A stretch of DNA of 64,000 bases from Convolutriloba macropyga (GCF_964194025.1 NC_134471.1:45694001-45758000); one strand, 5' to 3'; shown: positions 42,101 to 54,500, counted from the first letter of the stretch. The notes: generated by a model from the letters alone, not told the origin. Made by a program: numbers and translations.

Positions 42101-45100
42101 CGTAAGGGCTCTGATTGTTTTTGTCTAAGGAAAACGAACAAAAAATGACAATTTGTTACAAGTGAAAAACAAAATTTCTCAACACCCCCCATGTTGAGTA
42201 CAACGACCGAAAACGACAATCTTTTTGTAAGAACTCGTCGTTTTCTTCATTTTGTCGTCGGTTTTGTCGTTTTGTCGTCGTATTCTTCGTTTTTATTAGT
42301 TTCCGTGGTTTAAGTTGTCTTTTAAGTGAAAGAGATGATCAAATCTTTGTCGTTTTTCTGTAGTTTCTCACGTCGTATTTTTTTTCAAATGAAGTCGCTG
42401 CTTTTCCATCGCTTTTTGCGTAGTTTCATTGGTCATGAACTAGTTTTTCTCTATTATATCGTTCTACCAAATCTGTATTGAGGACTGGTAACGCAGTGGT
42501 GAGTGTACCAAGTAATGTATCGGGAATTCAATGGCTCGAATCCCAGCGGAGATACGGCTTTTTTGTCGTTTTATACTTACACGAAAATAACAATGAAAAC
42601 CTATCATTGCCTACATACAAATAACGATGAAAAAGCGAACAAAACCACAACTACCACGTAAGGGCTCTGATTGTTTTTCTCTAAGGAAAACGAACAAAAA
42701 ACGACAATTTCTTACAACTGAAAAACAAAATTCCTCAACACCACCCCATGTTGAGTGCAACGACGAAAAAACGACAATCGTTTTGTAAGAACTCGTCGTT
42801 TTCGTCATTTTGCCTTCGGTTTTGTCGTATTTTTTGTCGTTTTCTTCGTTTTCATTAGTTTCCGTCGTATAAGTCGTATTTTAAGTGAAAAAAATGATCA
42901 TATCTTTGTCGCTTTTCTGTAGTTTTTCACGTCGTTTTTTTTTCAAATGAAATCGCTGTTTTTTCATCGTTTTTCCGTAGTTTCATTGGTCTTGAACTAA
43001 TTTTTCGCTATTAAATTGTTCTACCAAATCTGTATTGAGGACTGGTAACGCAGTGGTGAGTGTACCAAGTAATGTATCGGGAGTTCAATGGCTCGAATCC
43101 CAGCGGAGATACGGCTTTTTTGTCGTTTTATACTTACACGAAAATAACAATGAAAATCTATCATTGCCTACATACAAATAACGATGAAAAAGCGAACAAA
43201 ACCACAACTACCACGTAAGGGCTCTGATTGTTTTTCTCTAAGGAAAACGAACAAAAAATGACAATTTGTTACAAGTGAAAAACAAAATTTCTCAGCACCC
43301 CCCCATGTTGAGTACAACGACCGAAAACGACAATCTTTTTGTAAGAACTCGTCGTTTTCTTCATTTTGTCGTCGGTTTTGTCGTTTTGTCGTCGTATTCT
43401 TCGTTTTCATTAGTTTCCGTGGTTTAAGTCGTCTTTTAAGTGAAAGAGATGATCAAATCTTTGTCGTTTTTCTCTAGTTTCTCACGTCGTATTTTTTTTC
43501 AAATGAAGTCGCTGCTTTTCCATCGTTTTTTGCGTAGTTTCATTGGTCATGAACTAGTTTTTCTCTATTAAATCGTTCTACCAAATCTGTATTGAGGACT
43601 GGTAACGCAGTGGTGAGTGTACCAAGTAATGTATCGGGAATTCAATGGCTCGAATCCCAGCGGAGATACGGCTTTTTTGTCGTTTTATACTTACACGAAA
43701 ATAACAATGAAAACCTATCATTGCCTACATACAAATAACGATGAAAAAGCGAACAAAACCACAACTACCACGTAAGGGCTCTGATTGTTTTTCTCTAAGG
43801 AAAACGAACAAAAAACGACAATTTCTTACAACTGAAAAACAAAATTCCTCAACACCACCCCATGTTGAGTGCAACGACGAAAAAACGACAATCGTTTTGT
43901 AAGAACTCGTCGTTTTCGTCATTTTGCCGTCGGTTTTGTCGTATTTTTTGTCGTTTTCTTCGTTTTCATTAGTTTCCGTCGTATAAGTCGTCTTTTAAGT
44001 GAAAAAAATGATCATATCTTTGTCGCTTTTCTGTAGTTTTTCACGTCGTTTTTTTTTTTCAAATGAAATCGCTGTTTTTTCATCGTTTTTCCGTAGTTTC
44101 ATTGGTCTTGAACTAATTTTTCGCTATTATATTGTTCTACCAAATCTGTATTGAGGACTGGTAACGCAGTGGTGAGTGTACCAAGTAATGTATCGGGAAT
44201 TCAATGGCTCGAATCCCAGCGGAGATACGGCTTTTTTGTCGTTTTATACTTACACGAAAATAACAATGAAAACCTATCATTGCCTACATACAAATAACGA
44301 TGAAAAAGCGAACAAACCCACAACTACCACGTAAGGGCTCTGATTGTTTTTCTCTAAGGAAAACGAACAAAAAACGACAATTTCTTACAACTGAAAAACA
44401 AAATTCCTCAACACCACCCCATGTTGAGTGCAACGACGAAAAAACGACAATCGTTTTGTAAGAACTCGTCGTTTTCGTCATTTTGCCGTCGGTTTTGTCG
44501 TTTTTTTGTCGTTTTCTTCGTTTTCATTAGTTTCCGTCGTATAAGTCGTCTTTTAAGTGAAAGAAATGATCATATCTTCGTCGCTTTTCTGTAGTTTTTC
44601 ACGTCGTTTTTTTTTCAAATGAAATCGCTGTTTTTTCATCGTTTTTCCGTAGTTTCATTGGTCTTGAACTAATTTTTCGCTATTAAATTGTTCTACCAAA
44701 TCTGTATTAAGGACTGGTAGCGCAGTGGTGAGTGCATCAGGTAATGTATCGAGAGTTCAATGGCTCGAATACCAGCGGGGAAACCGCTTTTTGTCGTTAT
44801 ATAATTACACAAAAATAACGACGAAACACGATCATTGCCTACATAGAAATAACGACGAAATATCGAACAAAACCACAACTACCACGTAAGGGCTCTGATT
44901 GTTTTTGTCTAAGGAAAACGAACAAAAAATGACAATTTGTTACAAGTGAAAAACAAAATTTCTCAACACCCCCCCCCCCCATGTTGAGTACAACGACCGA
45001 AAACGACAATCTTTTTGTAAGAACTCGTCGTTTTCTTCATTTTGTCGTCGGTTTTGTCGTTTTGTCGTCGTATTCTTCGCTTTCATTAGTTTCCGTGGTT

Positions 45101-45374
45101 TAAGTCGTCTTTTATGTGTAAGAAAAGATCTTTTCTTTGTCGTTTTCTTGCAGTTCCTTACGTCGTTATTCTTTCATATGAAATCGTTGTTTTTGATCGT
45201 ATTTCCGTAGTTTCATTGCTCTTGAATAAGTTTTTTGTCTATTAAATCGGTTTAGCATATCTGTATTAAGAGCTGAGAGCGCAGTGGTGAGTGCATCAGG
45301 TAATGTATCGGGAGTTGAATGGTTCGAATCCCGACGGGGATCCCGTTTTATACAAGAAAATAACGATGAAAAAA

Positions 45375-45509
45375 CGGGTTTTTCCCATTATAGCCCCCCC
45401 CACCTTAGTGGTCAGATAATCTATAGCCCCCCCCCAATCATGGTAATTATAGCATAATGGGGAAGGGGCTTAATTTTTATGGGGGGGGGGCTATAATGGG
45501 GAAGAACCG
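45375..45509. mobile_element. 135-bp palindromic MITE-like insert in the last satellite unit
   Basis: cccattatagcccccccc ... ggggggggctataatggg inverted repeat. Confidence 0.7.
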
Positions 45510-46241
45510 AAATAACAAACAAAACGACAACTACCACGTAAGGGCTGTTTTCATTCACAGGGTAAATCTTTGCTGAAATTTCGTAAGAAATTGGCTGAGA
45601 CTTTCTGAAATTTCGTGAGTCCGCTAAAAATAAGCTGCTATTGCAAAAGAATTGCATTCAAAATGCGTGGAAATATTCAGCGCATTCCTAAAATTGTGCA
45701 TCAGCGCATTCACAAAATTGCAGCGCATTTGTAGCATAATTTTAGCACATTCCACGCATTTCGTAGTCAAATAGCGCACTGAAACTGGGCTGAAATCTTG
45801 GTCTGGTCTGAATGATTCTTTTTAAATTCAATTATTTACTGTAAATTACTTTGTTTATTGCTGACATGGTTCTAATTCAAATCAACAGTCTACTAATTGA
45901 GTTTACCGTCCTCCTACTGCTTTTTAATTTCATCAATTTCATTCAGTCTTTTTCGTTTACTCAGGCAATTTGTTCAACTCCCCTCTCATTGGGTGAGCGA
46001 GAAGAATCAATTAAGAAACTAAGTCCCGTCCCCTCCCATTGGTTGACATAGTAGTTCAGCCTCAAAATCGAAGCAATCATTCTGCGATATTATCAATCGA
46101 TCAATTCAGCTTCGATATATCTCCCATCTCCCGACGTTTTTGGCGAGCTATTATTAATTTTGGGCACTACACCCCCGTAGTTCTGAACTCTAGTAAACAA
46201 CGAAGACAGAAATGGTATAAATTTCCACGGCCTAAATACTT

Positions 46242-46864
46242 CCCGCGTCGAGGATTGGTCGAAAAATAATGTAAGAATTGCGGTGAATAGCGGTGAAAGA
46301 AAAATAATGTTCACCGCAAAGCGCCCGCAGCTTTTTGCGATGAATGCGCTGAAAGCGGTGAATTTTTTGTAAGATCTGCGATTTTTAGCGGTGAGTTTTT
46401 TTTCACCGCATTCATCGGATTTCTTACTAAAAAACTGCCGTACACGGATTCGAACCTCTTATCTACTGCATGTCATCACCTTCATATTTCTCTGCGCCAT
46501 CTGTCACGTAATTGCGTGTTACTTCTTGTAAATTTAAATCAGAATCATTAAACGTTATGAAAAGAAAAATGCGTTGAAATTTTGTAAGATTTGCGGTTTT
46601 TAGCGATGAATTTTTTATTTTCACCGCTTAGGCGTTGAAAAAAATAATTCACCGCTACCAATCGCAAATCTTACAAACATTCACCGCAAAAAATATACAG
46701 TGATTTTTAGCGGAAGATTTGCAATTCTTAGCGTTGAATTATTTTTTTTTCACCGCATTCATTGCATTCAACGCTAAAAATCGCAATTCTTATATCTTTT
46801 CACCGCCTTCACCGCAAATCTTACATTTTTTTAGCGATTATTAGCGTTGATACCTCGACCCGGG
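46242..46864 (-). mobile_element. Non-autonomous CMC/EnSpm-like DNA transposon
   Basis: Ends cccgcgtcgagg / cctcgacccggg, TT on both flanks, GCGGTGAA/TTCACCGC subterminal repeats. Confidence 0.85.
46429..46505 (-). promoter_or_regulatory. tRNA-like Pol III cassette inside the MITE
   Basis: Minus strand: TGGCGCAGAG (A box), GGTTCGAATCC (B box, 46446-46456), T6 at 46429-46434. Confidence 0.7.
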
Positions 46865-47041
46865 TTTCTTTGAACTGTTGATTTGAGTTAGCTGTCTTTA
46901 GTGGTGAATTTTAGCGTTAATAGGACTAACCGGTTATATAAAAATACAAAAACCTCAACACGAATCGCACCAAAATCACTGTCGTGTTCGGTTTTTGTGA
47001 GGGTATGGCATATAGCTTTTATTCGGAGAAAAAGAAACAAA

Positions 47042-47345
47042 TTACCACGAAGAGAAAGTGCGTCTGAGTGCAGCCGGGTGTTCCAGAGCAACTGGGTTTG
47101 TGAGGGAGTAGCTGCTCACGGTCTCCCGCCCCCTGGACCCCCCTCTGCGTCCCCCCGCATGACAACCCCCATTGGCATAGGTGGGCCCTGTGTGGTGTGA
47201 GTTGGCATAATCGGGTGGTGGTGCTCTTCTGTTGTGAGCTGTGTTGTTTTGAGCATTTTTTTCTGTTCCAACATACCCACCATAACTAGCATACTTCGTG
47301 GGCTGCTGTCTGCACTGATCAATAACACCGTATTTTCTCTCATAT
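47042..47345 (-). CDS. Probable terminal coding exon of a host gene (low-complexity tail with PPPDY)
   Basis: Locally GC-richer, non-repetitive. Polypyrimidine tract plus TAG acceptor at 47346-47375 on the minus strand. Open frame YERKYG..YASYGGY..RAPPPDYAN..RRTFSSW*. Confidence 0.5.
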
Positions 47346-47596
47346 CTATAAACAAGAAACAAATGAAAAGTAAGTGAACAAGCGCCTGTGACAATTGTGT
47401 ATCAGTCTAGTCGATGGTCGGTATCATCGTTTTTTTTCCAGTCAAAAACGGCAAAACTTCATACAATTATATCGTTGACATCATAGTTTCTGTTCGGTAT
47501 TTCGGTATTTAACATAAGAAAAATTAGGTATCCAAACGCAAGAGACATTCGGTATCGTAATTTTTACACGTTAGAGGCTCGGTACCGTTTTGAATA

Positions 47597-48950
47597 CCCT
47601 AGTGATCGACGAATTCAAAATCTTGCAAGAATCTTGCAAGCAACCTTGGAAGGGATTGCATACTACTTGCAAGCAGCTTGCAAGATTCTTGCAAGATTTG
47701 AATCATCTTCCAAGAATCTTGCAAGATTTTGAATTCAACTTGCAAGTATCTTGCAAGATTATGAATTCATATTGCAAGTTTGTTGCAAGATTTTGAATTC
47801 TTCGATATTTTTTTACCTGGTTCGCTGGCTGCACTCGGCGGTTGATGGAGTTGAAATAGTTAAGCTACTGTCGGAAAATCTAATTAAGTCTAGTTAAAAA
47901 ACTGACTTTTTTGATTTTTTTTCCAGTATGATTTTTGTGGTTCATCCCTCCTCCTTTTTCATTCCGGGCTGGGGACCGGCAGTGGCGGAGTTACTGAAAT
48001 AAGCTATAGGAGTACTGATTCCGTACGGCAAAAAAACCGCACTTACACAGTTCTCCGAAACAAACAAAACGACTAAACCAGACAAAAGAAATCAATATGA
48101 ACACAATATAGCAAATAAGTTATCAGAAAAAGATCTCAAGCCAATATAAAAACCGACTTTTTCGCAATTTTCCGGTATAATTAATGTTTTTCGCTACTCT
48201 ATTCTTATTCCGGGCTTAGGACTGGCAGTGGCGGAGTTACTTAAATCGACTAAAGGAGTACTGAAGGCATCATATACGTTTATTAAAAACTCAATAGGAA
48301 GATATTTAGACCGCACCATAAATAATCGGAATTTTTTTACGACAACAAAAACATGCTAATTTACCGATAGAATCAGTAACAAAATAATTTCAAAAAGTAT
48401 TTGTTTCTCTAAAAATAATTATTTTAAAAAAAATGAGAAAAAGATTGAAAGTGTTTTCGTCTTAAATTAGGTAAAATGAACTTTAAAAAGACGGATTTGA
48501 TTGCCTCGAGTTGTTTCTAGTTATTTGTGGGAAATTTAATTTTGAATTCAGAATCTTGCAAGAAACTTGCAAGATTCTTGCAAGATTTCACATTCAAAAG
48601 GCGTGTTCAAAAAAGTCAATTAAGTTTAGTTTTGCTGATCAAGAAAACTGATATCAGTCATTTCGTTTGGTTTTTTAGTTAGTTTCAGCCACCAATTATA
48701 CACAAATAAATTTTCAAGAATTCAAAAACTTGCAAGATTCTTGCAAGATTCTTGCAAGATTCTTGCAAGTTTTTGAATCCGAGTTAATCTTTTTTTCATT
48801 GAATTCGGTTTTGTAATTTGTTTAATAAACAAAAGTTTGCTTCAAAAATGGTTCCTAAAACATTTGTACCCCGATTTCTTGCAAGAATCTTGAAAGTTTT
48901 GAAACATCCTGCAAGATTCTTGCAAGATTTGAATCCGCTCATCACTAGGG
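47597..48950. mobile_element. Non-autonomous CCC-ended DNA transposon with CTTGCAAG repeats
   Basis: TIR ccctagtgat / atcactaggg extending ~40 bp, TA on both flanks, many palindromic cttgcaag units. It sits within a ttcggtat-repeat element. Confidence 0.9.
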
Positions 48951-50149
48951 TAAGATGAAAAAAGATGAAAAAGATTCGGTTTCATTGTTTTTCAAACACG
49001 AAAACAATTTGGTATCGTCATTTTCGGTATTGTTTCTTCCGGTAATTGTTTACGTAAAATTTCAATTGAATTAGATGTTATTGCTATTCTAGCTATTTGA
49101 GAGGTTTTATTTGCTATGGAGGGAAAAGTTTGATGGTCAACATTAAGATACTGTGTTTATAATTGAAAGGCTGTAACTACTAAGGTTATAATTCGTCAGC
49201 TTTTAGAACATTAATTTTAAAATGGTTATATGTCTTCTAGTGGCTGTTGATTCACCTGTTGTAAAGAAAATGTCTAAGTACACATGATAGCGTTTTAGGT
49301 TTGAGGGGTTTTTTTCATTGTTTGCTGCGGATTATCCAGGATTGTGTGTGCTGTATGTAAGTCTGTATTTTAATTAGAGAAAATAAGTGAGTAAAATATT
49401 GTAGCCAAGCTTTGTGGATGTTGCGTTTTTGCGCGAGTGCTTGTAATGGTTAAATTTTGTTACTTTAATGGTCGCACCAGTTAAGGCTGAACCGATATGC
49501 GCTCTTTTTAATACCTTAGTATTAGTTTAGTTAGAGCTACTTATTTCTGCGTGCCAATTATAGTTACCTAGGTCAATAGGACTAACGGAATCAGTAATAC
49601 ACTGAAGAAGAAGTTCAATTATTATGACAAATGATATAATGTTTGCCAGTGTCAAATGTACACTCAAAGTGTGGAAAACTGTTTTAGACTGAAGTTAATA
49701 TAATTGCAAGCGCTTTATCTTCGTGAATAGAATCTTCTCAATCTGTGATTGGTGGAGGAATCACGTTCTGGATTTTTATCTTCTGCAATTTTTATAAATG
49801 TTGTACTACTTACTGCTTGAAACGTTAATGTTTCGTGTCTGAATTCTTGGTTTTTATTCGATTCAGATATTTTATCGAGCCTTGTTTATAACACAATTAC
49901 ATTTTTTTGCTGTCTTCTGTTTTTCTTTGTGATTGTTGTTGTCAATTCTGTCGATTAGTTTTGCGATTCGAAATAACAAAGGTGCACAATGGTTGTAGAT
50001 GTCTATTTGAGTTTCATTTTAATTTTTCAAATATGCTCGTTTTCAAAATTGGTAATATGTATTCTAATGTGCCGTAAATTTCTGCTAGTCACTTCTAAAA
50101 TTGCAAACTGTGTGTACCCATGTTGAAGTCCCAGACAGAAGTAAATATG

Positions 50150-50800
50150 TCCAAAACGAATATGAACGCACAAGAGGGGCGTCGTGCGTTCAAATTTACA
50201 TAGCCTGGAAACATCGAAATGGAAACGCGCGAAATTCTGGACATGATTGAACGAAAGTCTGAACATGATTCCACGAAGGTCTAAACATGGCCGAACTCCT
50301 GGACATAAACACCCCCTGGGCACACGAAAACATTCCATTTTTTAAAAACGTTGTAAGCATTGTGCTCGCACAAGAACGTTATACGCAGAAATAGTTGCAT
50401 TCCACTTTTTGCCTTGTTTTGGACAATTTTTCTTTTATGTTTATGTTACCAAGTCAGTATACATCCAAATCATAACCCTCAAGTCTCTATAGATGAAATG
50501 AATAAATTATATTTTTTATGAGCAACCAATATGGAGAAGTATGGGATAAGTCTGAATATGAACGCACAAAATTCTGGACATGAACGCACGAATATCCGTT
50601 AAGTTCACGAAATTTTGGTGCACGCACGATCGTCTGGACATGAACGCACAAAAGTCTGAACATGAGCGCACTGAAGTCTGATCAACGCACGGAAGTCTGA
50701 TGAGCGCAAGAAAATCTATTGAACCTTGTGAGCGCACTAAAGTCTGGATATAGACACTTTCCGTCTGTGAAGGTCTGGACACACTTGCTTCTGTCTGGTA
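50150..50800. repeat. Decayed MITE-type short repeats (gaacgcac / gtctg)
   Basis: Repeated catgaacgcac..gtctg(g/a)a units related to those at 54519-55498. Ends not resolved. Confidence 0.5.
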
Positions 50801-50932
50801 TCTCAACCATCATTCATTGGTTTTTGTTGTAGCCAAATGTGTTTCTTGTTTCTCTAGTTTTTAATCCATTTGGTTTTATATCAGTCTGTTTTTGATGGAG
50901 TCAATTGATCAGACATTCCACTGCTTCCTCCA

Positions 50933-51562
50933 CCCGGGTTGAAGTTTCTTTGATTTCATACAAGGATCATATATGATTTCATACTGTCCATACTTGATTT
51001 CTTAGTACGATCCTTGTATGAAACCAAAGAAATCATATATGATACTTGTATGATTACCAAGAAATCATATATGACCCTGGAACGAATACCAAGAACCATA
51101 CATCTATTTTTTTAAAAATCTTTAACCATTTATGTTTTTTTGTTTTTATTCGGTAGGTTATCACATATATGATACCCCGGCATCACATTGTGATCCGCCA
51201 AAAGACCCTAACGTACAATATCAATTGCAAGTTGGGCACAAAATAAAAGAGTAAGTCCAAACAAATAACAGAATTTTTGACATACTCTGAAGCCAGTTTA
51301 TACATATAAATGCTCATTTATAAAAAAAATTATTCAAGAAAAACAATTCATATCACGTCAAATTCGTTTTCTGAATACGTTTAAACCACAAAGTTATTCT
51401 TTGAGCGCGCACAAAGAATCAAATGTGGATTGCAAATGCGATATGATAAATAATAAGTCCTCTGACTACATTATACGAGAATTTGTGGCACCAGTCAATG
51501 TATTATGTGTCATATATGACCTAGTACGAAATCAAAGAAAGTTGTATGATCGTTGACCCGGG
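50933..51562. mobile_element. Non-autonomous CCC-ended element
   Basis: cccgggttgaag / cgttgacccggg ends, CA on both flanks, tcatatatga subterminal palindromes. Confidence 0.75.
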
Positions 51563-51719
51563 CAGGTAAGACGTGACCTGATGAGCCCAATGGTCCTATG
51601 GCAAGTCTCATTTTTGTCAAGGTTACTTACGTAGATAACCGAATTGTAATTACCGGATGTAATCTCTTAGTCGTGGCTCTATGTTTCCCGGGCCGAGGTG
51701 TCAACGCTAAAAAACGCAA

Positions 51720-52960
51720 AATTATGTAAGATTGGCGTTGAATGCGTTGAATTTATGTAAGATCTACGCTTGAGCGTAGATCTTACATAAATTCAACGCA
51801 TTCAACGCCAATCCTACATAATTTTGCGTTGAATTTGGGCGTAGATATACATATTTAGCGTTGAATTTTAGCGTAGATCTTACATATTTAGCGTTGAATT
51901 TAGCGTAGAACTTACATAAATTCAACGCATTCAACGCCAATCTTACATATTTTGCGTTGAACTTTGGCGTAGATCTTACATAATTAGCGTTGAATTTTAG
52001 CGTAGATCTTACATATTTAGCGTTGAATTTAGCGTAGAACTTACATAAATTCAACGCATTCAACGCCAATCTTACATATTTTGCGTTGAATTTAGCGTAG
52101 ATCTTACATAAATTCAACGCATTCAACGCCAATCTTACATAATTTTCCGTTGAATTTTGGCGTAGATCTTACATATTTAGCGTTGAATTTTAGCGTTGAT
52201 CTTACGTATTTAGCGTTGAACTTAGCGTAGATCTTACATGAATTCAACGCATTCAACGCCAATCTTACATAATTTTGCGTTGAATTTTGGCGTAGATCTT
52301 ACATATTTAGCGTTGAATTTTAGCGTAGATCTTACATATTTAGCGTTGTATTTAGCGTAGATCTTACAGAAATTCAACGCATTCAACGCCAATATTACAT
52401 TTTTTGCGTTGAAATTTGGCGTAGATCTTACATATTTAGCGTTGTATTGTAGCGTAGATCTTACATATTTTGCGTTGAATTTAGCGTAGATCTTACATAA
52501 ATTCAACGCTTTCAACGCCAACCTTACATATTTTGCGTTCAAATTCGGCGTAGATCTTACATATTTAGCGTTGAACTTTAGCGTAGATCTTAAATATTTA
52601 GCATAGAATTTAGCGTAGATCTTACATAAATTCAATGCATTCAACGCCAATCTTACATAATTTTGCGTTGAATTTTGGCGTAGATCTTACATATTTAGCG
52701 TTGAATTTTAGCGTAGATCTTACATATTTAGCGTTGAATTTAGCGTAGATCTTACAAAAATTCAACGCATTCAACGCCAATCTTACATATTTTGCGTTGA
52801 AATTTGGCGTAGATCTTACATATTTAGCGTTGAATTGTAGCGTAGATCTTATATATTTAGCGTTGAATTTAGCGTAGATCTTACATAAATTCAACGCTTT
52901 CAACACCAATCTTACATATTTTGCGTAGATTTTTGGCTTAGATCTTACAAATTTAAGGTT
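51720..52960. repeat. 30-31-bp minisatellite with ~92-122-bp higher-order units
   Basis: tagcgtagatcttacatatttagcgttgaatt repeated, interspersed with ttcaacgcattcaacgcc variants. Confidence 0.95.
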
Positions 52961-52974
52961 GAATTTTTTGAATT

Positions 52975-53720
52975 CCATTTCAGACCTTTTTATGATTTCA
53001 AAAATTTTTCAAGTTTTTTTCAAAAAGTCAATTTTTTTCTGTTTCGACCCCTATGCTTCACAGGTGAGAAAAGCGAAGTCAGCGAAAAACCACTTTTTAG
53101 TGCTCTTTTATAGTGCAAAATCCATTTGAGACCATTTTACAATTTCAAAACTTTTCAAGTTTTTTTTTCCGAAAAATCAATTTCACTGTTTCGACCCCTA
53201 TGCTGCAAAAGTGAGAAATGTGAATTGAGAGAAAAATCATTTTTTAGTGCTCTTTTATAGTGCAAAATCCAATTGACACCATTTTATGGTTTCAAATTTT
53301 TCAAGTTTTCTTTCAAAAAGTTAATTTTTAACTGTTTCAACCCTATACTGCACAGGTGAGAAAAATCACTTAGTGCTCTTTTGTAATGCAAAATCCGTTT
53401 CAGACCATTTTACGATTTCAAAACTTTTTCAAGTTTTTTTTTCGAAAATTTAATTTTTTCACTATTTCGAACCCTATACTCCAAAGGTGAGTAACCAGAA
53501 GTCAGAAAAATTCTTTTTTAGTGCTCTTTTATAGTGCAAAATCCAATTCAGACCATTTGAAGATTTCAAATTTTTCAAGTTTTTTTCGAAAAATTAATTT
53601 TTTTACTGTTTCGACCCCTATACTGCACAATTGAGAAAAATGAAGTCAGCAAAAAATAACCATTTGCTCTCTTACGGTGCAAAAACCATTTTAGGAATTT
53701 TAGGAATTCAAATTTTTTTC
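52975..53720. repeat. ~147-bp tandem repeat, about 5 copies
   Basis: cca(t/a)tt.agaccatttt starts near 52975, 53122, 53269, 53394, 53543 and 53686. Confidence 0.9.
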
Positions 53721-53998
53721 AAAACTTAAAAAAAATTTTAAATTTTTCTCGGTACTTCTCACATGATAAATGCGTTGAATACGTTGAAATTATGCAAGAT
53801 CTCAGCTAAATTCAACAAAAAATATGTAAAATCTAGGCTAAATTCAACGAAATATATGCAAGTTCTACGCTAAATTCAATGCAAAATATGTAAGGTCTAC
53901 GCCAAAATCAACGCAAAATATGTAAGATCTACGCAAAATTCAACGCAATATATGTAAGATCTACGCTTTATAAGGATTTCGGCTCTTAAGGAAACCAA

Positions 53999-54089
53999 GG
54001 TACATTGGCTTAATGGTAGAAGAGGCGACAAGTAAACAGGAGGTCAGTGGCTCGAGTCCCATACCCAGAGTTCTGGGCGTTGATTTTTT
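53999..54089 (+). promoter_or_regulatory. tRNA-like Pol III cassette inside the element
   Basis: A box TGGCTTAATGG (54006), B box GGCTCGAGTCC (54049), hairpin cccagagttctggg, T6 at 54084. Confidence 0.65.
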
Positions 54090-54465
54090 GTAAGATCAAC
54101 GCTAAATTCAACGCAAAAATATGTAAGATCTATGCTAAATTAAACGCTAAATGTTTATGATCTACGCTAAATTCAACGCTAAATATGTAAGATCAGCGGC
54201 AACTAGCGTTGAAAAGTTGGAAAGTTCACCGCCATTTCTTACATAATTTTGCGCTGAATGCGTTGAATTTTTGTCTTTAAATTCAACGCATTCAACGCAA
54301 AATTATGTAAGAAAATGCGGTGAATTTTCCGACTTGTCAACGCTAGTTGCCGCTGATCTTACATAATTTTGGCCAAATTCCTCGGCCCGGGTCATTTATC
54401 AGTTGAGTAGCAGCGCACGGACCCTAATGCCAAGACCTTACCATCTTTGCAGCTTCTCTATTTGT

Positions 54466-54467
<2 letters not shown>

Positions 54468-54496
<29 letters not shown>
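54468..54496. repeat. (GA)n microsatellite
   Basis: Visible dinucleotide run. Confidence 0.97.

Positions 54497-54500
<4 letters not shown>

Larger units (their letters stand above)
31240..45545 (+). repeat. Tandem array (~25 heads, ~560-bp monomer) of a tRNA-like-cassette unit with fused transposon-like ends
   Basis: Each head has A box TAGCGCAGTGG, B box GG(T/C)TCGAAT(C/T)C and a T run. Bodies are AACGAC/GTCGTT repeats in opposing orientation around cctcaacatggg|cccgtgttgagg. Confidence 0.93.
51687..54391 (+). mobile_element. Expanded CMC/EnSpm-like element containing a minisatellite, a 147-bp repeat and a Pol III cassette
   Basis: Perfect 12-bp TIR cccgggccgagg / cctcggcccggg. Ends match those of 46242-46864 in inverted orientation. 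Flanks tt/tc (one mismatch). Confidence 0.85.

Noticed and set aside
31187-44878. Many short F/R/K-rich ORFs
   Set aside because: Translations of satellite sequence; frames are not conserved between monomers.
16354-45350. Functional tRNA gene cluster
   Set aside because: A/B boxes are present but acceptor and anticodon stems do not pair, and no consistent anticodon can be assigned.
51570-51620. Hammerhead ribozyme core (CTGATGA)
   Set aside because: No correctly placed GAAA or flanking stems, and the motif is not conserved in the related 16.3-kb sequence.
51764-52978. Repeat proteins (KFNAKYVRST) or a CRISPR-like array
   Set aside because: Minisatellite with no unique spacers, no cas genes and a eukaryotic context.
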